Source: Coleofasciculus chthonoplastes F2-STO-03
Lineage (GTDB): Bacteria; Cyanobacteriota; Cyanobacteriia; Cyanobacteriales; Coleofasciculaceae
Reading direction: 5' to 3'
Length of the DNA stretch: 35,832 nucleotides
Assembly (NCBI GenBank): GCA_040222015.1
Contig: JAVJWO010000093.1
Span: forward strand, 1 to 35,832
Part shown: positions 19,350 through 30,251 of the stretch, one piece after another
Position numbering within the stretch: the first letter of the stretch is position 1
Layout: each line of letters opens with the position of its first letter
Translations under genes and position numbers: made by a program
Notes under the pieces: model-generated
What the model was told of the DNA's origin: nothing
What the model saw: only the letters and a program-made list of their open reading frames with translations
Database searches by the model: none

Positions 19350-19943
19350 TTACTCCCTTCTGCCTTCGGTCGTATTATATCCCCCAGCATAAGTAATGAC
19401 ACACATATTTTGATACTGAATATGATAGCCAAAAGCTACACCCGCAACTTGAAACGCGGAATTAAAGATATTGTTTCGGTGCCCGCGATCGCGCACCCCA
19501 TCATCGATAATTAATTGCATAATAATTTCATCCGCTCGCGCCACACCGTAAGTAATATTTTCACCCGCTGTGATCTGCCAACGCCCATACCGATTCAGAC
19601 GGATAAACGGAGTGCTGCGATCGCAACCAATATGCCCAATATTTCCCGTTTCTCCTTGATCGCGAACATGATCCTTCGCCGCTTGCGACATCCCTAGAGA
19701 TAGTTTTAACCGCGATAAAGGACGAGTGGATTGGAGAAAATCAATCGCCTCATCAACTGCATTTACACCTTCAATGGTACGTAAAAACACTTGTTGAGAA
19801 AGTTTGACCTGGTTACCCGAAAACCGCTGTTTCCAGTTGTTTAAAAGCGGAAGATAAGACGTGGGCTTTATTCGCACTTTATTCATTTCCTCAATCACCC
19901 TCAATTCCAATGGCGAGAGAATAATTGTCTGTGCTGAATTCAT
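19350..19943 (-). CDS. CAP/SCP-domain protein
   Basis: [42 protein letters not shown] at 19943 preferred. Confidence 0.88.
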   Translation of the reverse strand: MNSAQTIILSPLELRVIEEMNKVRIKPTSYLPLLNNWKQRFSGNQVKLSQQVFLRTIEGVNAVDEAIDFLQSTRPLSRLKLSLGMSQAAKDHVRDQGETGNIGHIGCDRSTPFIRLNRYGRWQITAGENITYGVARADEIIMQLIIDDGVRDRGHRNNIFNSAFQVAGVAFGYHIQYQNMCVITYAGGYNTTEGRRE

Positions 19944-20089
19944 GATTGATCCTTGGGTGTGGGATATCACATAATTACAATAGACGTATTGGGTTCTGGA
20001 AAAACGGCTCACGGAAGCTACCCTATCCCTGCTGTCGCCCAGAACCTTGATATGTACTCGCCCATGACCAATTTCTCAGGAACAACGCT

Positions 20090-22057
20090 GTGCAAATTCC
20101 TCGACTGCACCCAGACACTATCGCCCAAGTCAAAGAACGAGTAGACATTGTTGATGTCGTCTCGGAGCAAGTTGTGCTGCGAAAGCGGGGTAAAGAGTAT
20201 GTGGGCTTGTGTCCCTTCCATGGCGAAAAGACACCCAGTTTTACCGTCAGTCCCAACAAACAAATGTACTACTGCTTCGGCTGCGGTACGGGTGGAAGTG
20301 CGATTAAATTCCTCATGGAAGCGGGAAAACAGTCCTTCAGTGAGGTGGTTCTCGATTTAGCTCGGCGCTATCAAATCCGAGTGAAAACCCTGGCACCTGA
20401 ACAACGTCAGGAATTACAGCGTCAGCTATCCTTACAGGAGCAACTGTATGAGATTTTGGCACTCGCCGCCTCATTTTATCAGCACGCACTCCGACAACCC
20501 CAAGGACAGCAGGCGCTGGAGTATTTACAATCTCAGCGACATCTGGGTGAGGAAACCCTGCAACAGTTTCAGTTAGGGTATGCGCCGGCGACGTGGGAAA
20601 CCCTGTACCGTTATCTGGTGGAACAGAAAGGCAAACCTGTACAACTGGTAAAAGATGCGGGATTAATTTTGCCACGCAAATCAGGAGACGGCTATTATGA
20701 TCGGTTTCGCGATCGCATCATGATTCCGATTCATGATCGTCAAGGGCGAGTGATTGGGTTTGGCGGGAGAGCCTTGGGGGATGAACTTCCCAAATATCTC
20801 AATTCCCCAGAAACGCCGCTATTTAATAAAGGGAAAACCTTATTTGCCTTAGACAAAGCCTACAACGCCATCTCGGATCAGGATCAAGCCGTTGTCGTCG
20901 AAGGTTATTTTGATGCGATCGCGCTGCATCGGGTGGGGATTCACAACGTTGTCGCCTCCTTGGGTACAGCCTTAAGTCTGGAGCAAATGCGCCTACTGCT
21001 GCGTTACACCGAATCCAACCAAATCATCCTCAACTTTGACGCCGACAAAGCCGGAACCACAGCCGCCGAACGTGCGATCGGAGAAATTGCCGACTTAGCC
21101 TACAAAGGACAAGTCCAACTGCGGATACTTAACCTCCCTGATAGCAAAGACGCCGACGAATTCCTCACCCATACCCCTGATGGGGAAAAACAATACCAAC
21201 AGCTCCTCCAAAACGCGCCCTTATGGTTACATTGGCAGATTGATCAACTCATAATCGGAAAAGATCTCAAACAAGCCCCCCAATTTAAACAAGTTGCTCA
21301 AAAAATCGTCAAATTGCTGTACAAATTAGAGGACGTTAATCAACAAACCTATTACATTGATTATTCTGCCGAAAAGCTGAGTCAGGGGCAAACTCATCTG
21401 ATACCTCGACTCATCCAAAATTTCCAGACGCAACTGAATAAATTACGCCAGACTCCAATCAAGAAAGATGACAAGTCTAATCTGAAGCAGCAAAACTTAC
21501 CTGTCTCGATTGACTTATCCCTTAGCCAAGAACACAGTCTACTCGAAGAAGCGGAAGCCTTACTCTTACGAATTTATCTGCATCGTCCCGAATATCGCCA
21601 GACCATTATCGACATCTTAGATGCCAAAGATTTGCTATTTAGTCTTTCTCCTCACCGATTTTTATGGCAGCAAATCTTAGATGTGCAATCTGTCGCTCAA
21701 TCCATTCTATTACAGCACCCGGAAAAGCTAATTTCCCTATTACAAGACCGCAGTATCCAGTTTCCAGAGGAAATGGTTCTGGTCGAACATTTATTCCACT
21801 TAAATGAAAAGCGTAGTGAAGATCTTACGCGCACACCCTTAGCCATTCGCTCTGCCGCTGCTTGTTTAGAAGTCGTAACCTGGAACAAACACAAGCGATA
21901 TTGTCTAGAACAATGGCAAAAGCTAAATTTCGCTACTGATCCAAAACGTAAGGAATACTATTCTCAAGGAATTCGGGAAGCCTATAAACGCTTGCAAGAG
22001 TTACAGAAAATGCGTCAAACTAACATCTTAGACATTCATGAATTTGCCCCCATATAG
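20090..22057 (+). CDS. dnaG: DNA primase
   Basis: CPFH...CFGC zinc finger, YDRFRDRIMIPI, KYLNSPET, VVEGYFD, FDAD TOPRIM motifs. Confidence 0.98.
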   Translation: MQIPRLHPDTIAQVKERVDIVDVVSEQVVLRKRGKEYVGLCPFHGEKTPSFTVSPNKQMYYCFGCGTGGSAIKFLMEAGKQSFSEVVLDLARRYQIRVKTLAPEQRQELQRQLSLQEQLYEILALAASFYQHALRQPQGQQALEYLQSQRHLGEETLQQFQLGYAPATWETLYRYLVEQKGKPVQLVKDAGLILPRKSGDGYYDRFRDRIMIPIHDRQGRVIGFGGRALGDELPKYLNSPETPLFNKGKTLFALDKAYNAISDQDQAVVVEGYFDAIALHRVGIHNVVASLGTALSLEQMRLLLRYTESNQIILNFDADKAGTTAAERAIGEIADLAYKGQVQLRILNLPDSKDADEFLTHTPDGEKQYQQLLQNAPLWLHWQIDQLIIGKDLKQAPQFKQVAQKIVKLLYKLEDVNQQTYYIDYSAEKLSQGQTHLIPRLIQNFQTQLNKLRQTPIKKDDKSNLKQQNLPVSIDLSLSQEHSLLEEAEALLLRIYLHRPEYRQTIIDILDAKDLLFSLSPHRFLWQQILDVQSVAQSILLQHPEKLISLLQDRSIQFPEEMVLVEHLFHLNEKRSEDLTRTPLAIRSAAACLEVVTWNKHKRYCLEQWQKLNFATDPKRKEYYSQGIREAYKRLQELQKMRQTNILDIHEFAPI

Positions 22058-22134
22058 TTAGGGGTTGCTGAATAAGTTGTGGTTGTGGGTGGAGCCGGGG
22101 GAGCTAATTTAATGGGAAGCTCTAGTCTTAACAG

Positions 22135-22632
22135 TTAAAAACAGAATAAAGTATCGCGAGTTTGGCGACCTGTGGTGGGGTTTGTACCTGTAGCCATTTG
22201 ACACAATTGTTCTTCGGCTTTGGGATCAAGAAAAGCGTCCGTAAAATCAGCTCCCTCAATTGTCGCACCATCAAACTGAGCATTGAAAGCGTAGGCACTT
22301 TCAAGCACGGCATTTTTCAAATTAGCACCATTCAAACGCGCTTTATCTAATGTTGAGTAGCTGAGATTTGCCCCTTCCAAATTCGCCAATTTCAGATTTG
22401 CCCCAAAAAAACTAACTCCCTGCAACTCCGCATGGCTAAAATTGCTTTCCCGCAAATCTGCTTGGTTAAAACTGGCATCAGTCAGCACGCGATCGGAAAA
22501 ATCTGAATTAACCAAATATTGTTTGTTATAATCCACAGCCAAAGCCGGGGCAGCGTGAAGCATCGCTAGGCTAAAAGGACTACCGATAAAAATTAAAAAG
22601 CTAGCTATCCCAACTAAAATGAATCTGAACAT
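22135..22632 (-). CDS. Exported/lumenal pentapeptide-repeat protein
   Basis: Signal peptide, A(D/N)Lxx repeats, C-terminal LC...GTNPTTGRQTRDTLFC. Confidence 0.9.
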   Translation of the reverse strand: MFRFILVGIASFLIFIGSPFSLAMLHAAPALAVDYNKQYLVNSDFSDRVLTDASFNQADLRESNFSHAELQGVSFFGANLKLANLEGANLSYSTLDKARLNGANLKNAVLESAYAFNAQFDGATIEGADFTDAFLDPKAEEQLCQMATGTNPTTGRQTRDTLFCF

Positions 22633-22718
22633 AATTTGTGAAATCTGTAGATGTTTCTGACCAATTATATAAGGAGTCGGACTTGGAGCCTGCCCTCGAA
22701 GGTCGTGAAGGGTTCTAC

Positions 22719-22770
22719 AGATGCTTCGTTTTGTTCCTCCGCTTCGCTCCGGACTCCACTCAGCATGACA
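22719..22770. repeat. Nested small repeat: agatgcttcg|24-nt insert|actccactcagcatgaca
   Basis: Shares the TTCG-N-CT(T/C)CGCTC core with the insert at 35546-35593. Confidence 0.55.
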
Positions 22771-22824
22771 GATTCTACCTTAGACTGCAACTTGGTATGA
22801 CGAATGACAAATGACAAATGACAA

Positions 22825-23358
22825 ATGACAACTAACAAAGGACAACTAGGAGAACAACTCGTTGCCACCTGGTTACAAGCCCAAGGTTGGACTATTTTAC
22901 ATCACCGATGGCACTGTCGCTGGGGAGAAATCGACCTGATTGCCTATCGGGATGGAGAAGTCAAGGAAAATCCCGTCTCCAATCTGGATATAAACCCCCA
23001 ATGTCATCCCCCTACCCCCTTGCCAGCAAACGCGGAGTCACCTATCTTAGCCTTTGTCGAGGTGAAAACTCGCAGTAGAGGGAATTGGGATGCCGATGGT
23101 CAATTGGCGATTACATCCTCTAAGCAAGCGAAAATTTGGCGAACAGCTGAACTGTTTTTAGCAGGAAATCCCGATTTAAGTGATCTTCCTTGTCGGTTTG
23201 ATGTCGCCCTAGTTCGCTACCACCGTATCTGTAAAAACTCACGCTCTGTTAATACTAGGAACCTATTGCCGACTTCAGCCCCTCAATTTGGTGAACCGTT
23301 CCTTCTTGAAGGATATGAGCTTATTTTACAAGACTATATCGAATCCGCTTTCTTTTGA
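22825..23358 (+). CDS. yraN: YraN (UPF0102) family putative nuclease
   Basis: GQLGEQLV, WGEIDLIA, FVEVKTR, CRFDVALV. Confidence 0.9.
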   Translation: MTTNKGQLGEQLVATWLQAQGWTILHHRWHCRWGEIDLIAYRDGEVKENPVSNLDINPQCHPPTPLPANAESPILAFVEVKTRSRGNWDADGQLAITSSKQAKIWRTAELFLAGNPDLSDLPCRFDVALVRYHRICKNSRSVNTRNLLPTSAPQFGEPFLLEGYELILQDYIESAFF

Positions 23359-23491
23359 CGAAGGGCAGGTTTTGTTGCAGCGAACTTCGAGTTCCCTCCC
23401 CTTGACAAGGGGAGGGTTAGGGAGAGGTCAAACTTCTTCAGCGGGGTAATTGGTGATTAGGGAGTAGGAAATTCTCCCCCATCCCAATGCA

Positions 23492-24280
23492 TCACGCCGA
23501 TTTCATCGTTGTCATCGGTTCGGGTAAGGTTAGAATCTCTACCCCATCTGACGTAACTGCTATAGTATGCTCAAACTGAGCCGAAAGCTGACGATCCTTG
23601 GTCACGGCTGTCCATTTATCAGCCAGAATTTCCACTTCCCACGTCCCTTCATTAATCATAGGTTCAATGGTGAACACCATCCCGGAGCGCAGACGCTTTC
23701 CTTTACCACGAGTACCATAGTGAGGCACCTGGGGAGCCGTATGAAAGATTCGATTAACGCCGTGTCCGACAAAATCCCGCACCACAGAAAAACCATTAGC
23801 TTCCGCGTATTCCTGAATAGCCGCCCCAATATCACCAATGCGGTTTCCCGGTTTCACGGCGGCGATTCCCCGCATCATACAGTCGTAGGTGACTTCAACC
23901 AGTTTTTTGGCGATGGGTGAAGGTGTACCGACAAAGAAGGTTCGGGACGTATCCCCATGAAATCCATCCACAATCGGGGTTACATCAATATTGATAATGT
24001 CCCCATCTTGCAGAATTTGTTTAGGATTGGGGATACCGTGACAGACGACTTCATTAATACTGGTACAAATTGACTTAGGAAAGTCATGATAACCGAGGGG
24101 AGCGCTTTTTGCTCCATGTTCCTGAGTCCAGCGCTCGGCTTCATCATTGAGTTCCAAGGTACTGACTCCTGGCTGAATCATGGGTTCAATGTGATCCAGG
24201 AGCTTGGCGGCTAAACGTCCCGCTTGACGCATTTTCTCGATTTCTCGGCTCGATAGGAGAACGATTCTTTCTGGTGCCAT
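23492..24280 (-). CDS. map: Type I methionyl aminopeptidase
   Basis: CTSINEVVCHGIP, NIDVT, HGDTSRTF, GHGV, FTIEPMIN, SAQFEHT. Confidence 0.97.
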   Translation of the reverse strand: MAPERIVLLSSREIEKMRQAGRLAAKLLDHIEPMIQPGVSTLELNDEAERWTQEHGAKSAPLGYHDFPKSICTSINEVVCHGIPNPKQILQDGDIINIDVTPIVDGFHGDTSRTFFVGTPSPIAKKLVEVTYDCMMRGIAAVKPGNRIGDIGAAIQEYAEANGFSVVRDFVGHGVNRIFHTAPQVPHYGTRGKGKRLRSGMVFTIEPMINEGTWEVEILADKWTAVTKDRQLSAQFEHTIAVTSDGVEILTLPEPMTTMKSA

Positions 24281-24945
24281 GACTATTTATGCGGTTATTT
24301 CCCTAATCAACAAGGGTGTATCTATGTGAGTCTTTCTTCACTTTACTGCGATCGCTTGCCTATTCCCCACTGCTGGTCATTGGTCATTGGTTATTTGTTG
24401 ATGAGAATCTGCTCCCCCGGCTCCTAGACGTGCCATGGCACGTCTGGAACATTGCTCCCCTGCTCCCCCTCCTGCCTTCTTCATCAACTCTTTACATGAG
24501 AATTCAGAAATTTCCCAATTCTTTAGTGAAGTGTGGCTTAAAATAATAAATAAGTCGTTATACTCATTAAAATAAATCAAAATGACAATCTGGGTAAATG
24601 TCAGAGAATGCCAAAACTGAGCCAAATTAGCTTTATGAAAAAGTTAATTCTATTCTCAATACTACTGTCAGGGAGTTCTGGTCATTTACCATTAACCCTG
24701 AGCTAAAGTTACAGTGTTTTTGAAGTCATTTTCTCTGATAGTGTGGGGGAATGCTCGGCTAAGACACATTTAAATTACCTATTTGTTCCCTTTACTAAAA
24801 TTTTGGTAATTCGTCGCTTTGGAGGCAAAATCGAGTAGGTTCAATGTCTGCTCTGGTTAACAGCGTTACAATTTCAACAAAATATTATTCCTTAACTATC
24901 TACCCCTAATCATCAGAGATAATAACCCGGTTTTTGTGAGGTGTC

Positions 24946-25449
24946 ATGACAGAACTAGCCCTAATCCGCAAACCCATTATTCAACCCACTGAAATCCTGA
25001 GTCAGTTACAGACAGGACAACTCCTCAGGGTGAATAGTACTCGTGGTAATGCATTAATCATAATGCACCGTTATCATGCAGAACTGGCGGGTTCTGGTGC
25101 TGCCGTTGGTGGACTTTTCGATGTAGATTGCACGCGAGTGATTCCCCTTGGTACGCTTTCGTTAGTGTATCCTGAATCGCGGTACGAACGCCAGAAAGCG
25201 TATCAATTACGGCAGCGCTGGATTTTGTTCACTCAACATGCCATGACAACTTATGTACCACTACACCGTGCCAAAATCTTATTGAGTTTACTCTATAAAT
25301 ATTTCGACGCCCAGCTTATTGATGAACTCTCAGATGAGGTGATTGCTCAGTTAGTTGGGGTTTTGCCAAAAACAATTGGTATAGTTCGTCGAGCGCGAAA
25401 GTCACCGACTCAACAGAAACCCCAGGCGAGGAAATCCGTAGGGGTTTGA
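24946..25449 (+). CDS. Cyanobacterial hypothetical protein with a possible degenerate Crp-type C-terminal HTH
   Basis: C-terminal LSDEVIAQLVGVLPKTIGIVRR resembles the Crp HTH; GAGG ribosome-binding site upstream. Confidence 0.6.
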   Translation: MTELALIRKPIIQPTEILSQLQTGQLLRVNSTRGNALIIMHRYHAELAGSGAAVGGLFDVDCTRVIPLGTLSLVYPESRYERQKAYQLRQRWILFTQHAMTTYVPLHRAKILLSLLYKYFDAQLIDELSDEVIAQLVGVLPKTIGIVRRARKSPTQQKPQARKSVGV

Positions 25450-25530
25450 CTCAATGAACGGTAAAGCATTCTCTAAATCACATAAAACTGGTATAGTTTA
25501 AAATAATCTTTTAAAATCTGTCCGTTAATT

Positions 25531-26913
25531 ATGAAATCCGTTAACGAGTTAAAAACTCCTGGTTTCTGGCAAAAGCTACAATGGGTTTTTGATCCGGTAG
25601 GTTATCTGGAGAGTGCTGCCCAGCGTCATCCTGACCTGTTCACGGCTCGGATTAGCTCGGAAGCCCCCTTTATTTTTGTCTACCATCCCCAAGCGTTACA
25701 GCAGATTTTAATCAATGATAGAAAGAAGTTAACGGCTCCCGGTCATTTGAATACATTAATACAACCTTTAGTCGGTCAATACTCTCTACTTCTGTTAGAC
25801 GGGGAAAGCCACAAACGAGAGCGAAAACTTTTGATGCCTTCATTTCATGGTGATCGCATGCATGTCTATGGAACGTTAATTGGTCAACTCGCAGAGCAAG
25901 TGATCAATCAACTTCCCCTGAATCAACCCTTTAAAGCCCTTGATGTTACCCAAATGATCACCATAAAGGTGATTATGCAAGTGATATTTGGACTCTATGA
26001 CGGAGAACGCTGTGAACAGATTATCCAAAAATCTCGGACGTTACTCAATTTCCTGAATTCTCCCTTAACTGCCAGTTTGCTATTTTTTTCATCCCTGCAA
26101 AAAGATTGGGGGGTATGGAGTCCTTGGGGATACTTTTTATACTTGCAAAAGCAACTGGATGATTTGCTTTATGCTGAAATTAGCGAACGTCGTCAAAACC
26201 CTGATCCAAATCGAACGGATATCCTTTCTCTACTCATATCGGTTGGAGATGAAGCAGGTCAAGGCATGAGTGATCAAGAGTTGCGCGATGAATTGCTGAC
26301 ATTTTTGTTAGCGGGTCATGATACAACAGCACTGGCAATGGCCTGGGGATTATATTGGATTCATCGTTACCCTGAAGTTCGAGAAAAACTAATTCAGGAG
26401 TTGAACAGCTTAGGCGATACACCTGATCCTCTAAGTATTTTCCGACTCCCTTATTTGACTGCTGTGTGTAATGAAACGCTACGGATTCATTCCATTGCGA
26501 TGTTAAGTTTCCCCAGGGTAGTACAAGAACCGATTGAGTTATTCGGACATCAGTTAGATACAGGGACAATACTCATGGGTTGTTTGTATCTTACCCATCA
26601 GCGTGATGATCTCTATCCCAAACCGAAAACCTTTAAGCCCGAACGATTTCTAGAACGCCAGTTTTCCCCCTCTGAATTTATCCCCTTTGGTAGTGGAACC
26701 CGTCGTTGTATGGGTGAGGCGTTAGCCCAGTTTGAACTCAAGTTAGCTTTAGCCAAAATTGTGTCATCCTACGAATTGGAATTAGCGGAAAATCGACCCG
26801 TAAAACCCCAACGTCGAGGTGTTGTATTGGCACCTAAAGGGGGTGTGAAAATGATCCTCAAGGGTAAACGTGCCCCTCAAAACGAGAAGAACGCTTCCTT
26901 TAGTTTTGTATGA
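25531..26913 (+). CDS. Cytochrome P450 (CYP110-like)
   Basis: AGHDTT I-helix, ETLR, PERF, FGSGTRRCMG heme motif. Confidence 0.96.
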   Translation: MKSVNELKTPGFWQKLQWVFDPVGYLESAAQRHPDLFTARISSEAPFIFVYHPQALQQILINDRKKLTAPGHLNTLIQPLVGQYSLLLLDGESHKRERKLLMPSFHGDRMHVYGTLIGQLAEQVINQLPLNQPFKALDVTQMITIKVIMQVIFGLYDGERCEQIIQKSRTLLNFLNSPLTASLLFFSSLQKDWGVWSPWGYFLYLQKQLDDLLYAEISERRQNPDPNRTDILSLLISVGDEAGQGMSDQELRDELLTFLLAGHDTTALAMAWGLYWIHRYPEVREKLIQELNSLGDTPDPLSIFRLPYLTAVCNETLRIHSIAMLSFPRVVQEPIELFGHQLDTGTILMGCLYLTHQRDDLYPKPKTFKPERFLERQFSPSEFIPFGSGTRRCMGEALAQFELKLALAKIVSSYELELAENRPVKPQRRGVVLAPKGGVKMILKGKRAPQNEKNASFSFV

Positions 26914-26953
26914 ATGCCACTGAATTAAGGCTGGTGGGCAGTGCCCACCCTAC
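26912..26953. repeat. Solo MITE end fused to a GTAG-footed palindrome
   Basis: gaatgccactgaattaaggctggtgggcagtgcccaccctac; sister copy at 32328-32369. Confidence 0.75.
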
Positions 26954-26997
26954 GGTATATCTACGGTATATCAAAGGTTTTAGCGCGACAAAAATGC

Positions 26998-28839
26998 TTA
27001 TTTGAGTTGATAAAGGGCAATGGGTTGTTCACTGTCCTCAAATTGCAACTGTCCCATCGGTTGCGGTGGCTGGGGTAGATGGTTCACGATCGCTTCATAA
27101 ATGCTATGAGATATACAAATCCCGCCAGGAGGGGCTTCTGCGGTGAGATGGTGGGCAATTTTGACACCGGGTCCACTCACGCCTGTGTAACAAAAAATAA
27201 CATCTTCCCAGTGAATGCCAATCCGATAACAAAGTTCTGGATTTGATTCCCGTTGAACGGCGGATTGAAGTGTTAATTGAATCTCTTGGGCAAAGTTAAC
27301 CGCCTGTAGGGAACTGGGAAATACAATTAGCATTCCCTGGTCAATAGATTTGATAATTTTCCCGTCAAATTCTTGAGCAAGCTGGACAAACAATTGTAGG
27401 TTTTTGTAGAGTTGATTAAACGTCGGTTTCGGGTGAGCAAGTAGGTTAGCGGTTAAGTTGACGCCCTTAATCACCACCACACTAGCTTGGCGGGTTTCTG
27501 GGGGTAACTTTAAGCCGAGGGGTTTTAGGCGATCGCGAAAGTATTGGTGATACAATTGGCAACGCAGCCTAACCTTGCCTTGATCTACCTGCACCAGTCC
27601 CAGATTCTGCAAGCGACGGGTAAGAATTGGCTCGAATTCTACAGGCGTTGATGAATTGACCAGTTGAATCAAGGCACTCATTAGTTCTAAATCCTGGTGG
27701 AGATGCTCTAATAACTGGTGCAAATGCTCCCGATAAATGTCTGCTTTTGCGGTAACGGTTGCTAAGAATTGGTCAATGGGAATATTTTCTGTTTTAATCG
27801 CATTTAAAGTTAGCTGAATCAGATAAGAATGACCCCCTAAAAACTGATATAATTGCTGGATCTGTTGGGGATGCCAATTGAATCCATGGCGAATCACTAA
27901 ATCTTGGACTTGTTCCCCTGTTAATTCAGGTAACCGAATCGATAATTCTGCTGTAAACTCAATGGAATTAACCCCAGACATGGCGTAAATTTCAGTTGAA
28001 TTCGCAATCACGAGGCGCAAGTTTTGCCACATCTGGCTACACCTATCCCCATAGCTAGCTTTTTCACCCCAGGTTTGCAGTAACTTAAAAAATTCTTGAG
28101 CAATCTCTGGATAGTTACATAGTACATCAGCATTGTCTAATGCCAAAACCAAAGGATTACCTAGTTTCGGTAAGAGATAAGTTTCAAAATAATACGTACT
28201 GTTAGCATTTCCGCCATAGATATCATCCCAATAAGTTGGCACTTGATGCGGTAAATCTAAGCCCCGTGTCACTACCGCACAGAACCATTGCAGGAATCGA
28301 TTTAAATCACAAACTATCGCCGACTCTGCCAGTTGCAGGTTTAAGAGAATAGTCTGAAAGCCTTCCGCCCTAGCCTGCTGCAAGATTCGCGTCATCAGAG
28401 AGGTTTTACCCATTTGCTTGGGGGCAACAATTTGGATGGAACTCCCCGGTTTCACCAAGGTTTCGTGACAAAGGGATTCAATGGGTAGGCGTTCGATATA
28501 AAAAGGAGAATTGAGAGGTACTGGACTTTTGAGCGGAACTTGCTCATAATCAGATAATTTGCCGTCTGCTTTGGTATAATCCTTAGGATTAAGCGTCAGA
28601 TCAAAAGCGCTGAAATAGGATATCAATGTTTTGCGATCGACAGGTATGATCCGCCGTCGTACCTTGATCAGGGTGTTTGGACTTAAATGGGTACGTTCGC
28701 TTAATTGTTCCAGGGTGTAGGGTTTTCCCCCATTATCTTGAAAGGCTGACTTGCGCTGCGCGGCTTTTAGGCGTTGCCAACCTTGAACGGAAAGAATAAC
28801 TCCCCGTTGACGTTTGGGAGGCTGATATTTTGGTGACAT
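26998..28839 (-). CDS. HTH + AAA-like (AAA_35-type) NTPase + degenerate class III nucleotide-cyclase-like fusion
   Basis: N-terminal RQRGVILS...TLEQLSERTHLSPNTL; SPFYIER, APKQMGKTSL, GGHSYL; C-terminal YRIGIHWEDV, GPGVKIA, APPGGICIS. Confidence 0.82.
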   Translation of the reverse strand: MSPKYQPPKRQRGVILSVQGWQRLKAAQRKSAFQDNGGKPYTLEQLSERTHLSPNTLIKVRRRIIPVDRKTLISYFSAFDLTLNPKDYTKADGKLSDYEQVPLKSPVPLNSPFYIERLPIESLCHETLVKPGSSIQIVAPKQMGKTSLMTRILQQARAEGFQTILLNLQLAESAIVCDLNRFLQWFCAVVTRGLDLPHQVPTYWDDIYGGNANSTYYFETYLLPKLGNPLVLALDNADVLCNYPEIAQEFFKLLQTWGEKASYGDRCSQMWQNLRLVIANSTEIYAMSGVNSIEFTAELSIRLPELTGEQVQDLVIRHGFNWHPQQIQQLYQFLGGHSYLIQLTLNAIKTENIPIDQFLATVTAKADIYREHLHQLLEHLHQDLELMSALIQLVNSSTPVEFEPILTRRLQNLGLVQVDQGKVRLRCQLYHQYFRDRLKPLGLKLPPETRQASVVVIKGVNLTANLLAHPKPTFNQLYKNLQLFVQLAQEFDGKIIKSIDQGMLIVFPSSLQAVNFAQEIQLTLQSAVQRESNPELCYRIGIHWEDVIFCYTGVSGPGVKIAHHLTAEAPPGGICISHSIYEAIVNHLPQPPQPMGQLQFEDSEQPIALYQLK

Positions 28840-29065
28840 TTAGGTTAAGAGTCGCTTAAGGGTCAAATTTGTTCAAACTGTTCATTCTAAACTAAAACTG
28901 TGAAAAAACGGTGAACGCTTGATCTGAAGTCGCCGACTGTTACGCCGCATCATAGAGTCAGTCGTTAAGTTGTGAACCTAACTTGTGATCTTGCATTGTA
29001 TTATTTGGGGAGTAAGGGCAAACTGCAAGAAACAAGTTGATAGGGCAAATGCCTTAGTGATTACA

Positions 29066-29779
29066 ATGATGGGCATTATCGGTACTTTAAGCGACGTATC
29101 ATTACCAGAGATTTTTCAGTTAATTGAAAAGGGCAAAAGAACGGGACTGTTGACAGTTCGTGCTTTGCCGCCAGCTACCGGAACTTACTACTTATGGGTA
29201 AAACAAGGTCACATTATCGCGGCGGCGAATCGCCAAGATGGACAAGGTTTAATCTCATTGATTAGCAAATGTCAATTAGTGAGCGATCGCGTGTTATCAA
29301 AACTGGTTCAATGGTGTTGTCCAGTCAATCAGCCATTAGGCGTCTGTTTAAAACAACAAGGGGTTTTAACTCGCTTAAACTTAGAACAACTGTTTCAAAT
29401 TCAACTGTTGCAGCAATTGTCTGTGCTTTTTCAACTGCAAGATGGTTCTTTTCGATTTGATTCCCTGGCGGTAATTCCTACTCAAGAAATGACCGGGTTA
29501 AGTATTCCGGCGACAGAAGCCACCTTAATGGGATTGCGCGTTTTAGCCCATTGGGATAATTTGGCAGCTAAATTACCTGATCCGAATCAAAATTTGCTCA
29601 GAAAAATTGCGGGTTATCCTGCTTATCAGCTAGATACACTAGAATGGCAAATTTGGCAGTATAGTAAAGGAGCTGTATCGCTTCATACCATTGCCCAAAA
29701 TCTCAAGTTTCCCGTCGAACAAGTGCAACATATTGCCTTTAGGTTAATTAGTATGGGATTAGCTGAAGTAATCCCTTAA
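29066..29779 (+). CDS. DUF4388 (PATAN-like) domain protein
   Basis: GTLSDVSLPEIFQLIEKGKRTGLL, PLGVCLK, GSFRFD, EMTGLS; ATG at 29066/29069 preferred over GTG at 28985. Confidence 0.85.
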   Translation: MMGIIGTLSDVSLPEIFQLIEKGKRTGLLTVRALPPATGTYYLWVKQGHIIAAANRQDGQGLISLISKCQLVSDRVLSKLVQWCCPVNQPLGVCLKQQGVLTRLNLEQLFQIQLLQQLSVLFQLQDGSFRFDSLAVIPTQEMTGLSIPATEATLMGLRVLAHWDNLAAKLPDPNQNLLRKIAGYPAYQLDTLEWQIWQYSKGAVSLHTIAQNLKFPVEQVQHIAFRLISMGLAEVIP

Positions 29780-29909
29780 ACCTCGCTTGTCGTTGCGCTA
29801 AAGCGCTATCGTTCGTAGTCAGCGCTTTAGCGCTATAAACGCCCGCTTTAATAGTGACAAACGTTTAATTCACTTAAATAGGGGTTAAAAAATGGCTTGA
29901 ATTAAGACG

Positions 29910-30251
29910 CTATTTTTGATGTTCCAAATCCAGATAGTTTAATCCCCATTCATGCATTGCCTCAAGAATCGGTTTAAGACTCTCTCCTAATGAAGTTAAC
30001 GAATACTCAACTTTTGGCGGAACTTGCCGATAAACCTCTCGATAAACAATACCATCAGCTTCCAGTTCTCGTAATTGTTGAGTTAGCATTTTCTGGGTAA
30101 TACCATGTAAAGCCCGATGTAACTGACCAAAACGCTTCACCTCTGCAAATAATTCCCGCAGAATTAAGACTTTCCAGCGACCGCCAATAACCTCTAATGT
30201 CCGTTCTACCGGACAATTGGCGCGTTCGTGATCAGCGCGTTTGGTTGCCAT
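29910..30251 (-). CDS. HxlR/DUF24-family winged-helix regulator
   Basis: [40 protein letters not shown]. Confidence 0.95.
   Translation of the reverse strand: MATKRADHERANCPVERTLEVIGGRWKVLILRELFAEVKRFGQLHRALHGITQKMLTQQLRELEADGIVYREVYRQVPPKVEYSLTSLGESLKPILEAMHEWGLNYLDLEHQK

Noticed and set aside
22950..23040. Repeat-derived insert in YraN (Pro-rich loop)
   Set aside because: No matching DNA copy elsewhere in the window and no inverted-repeat structure.
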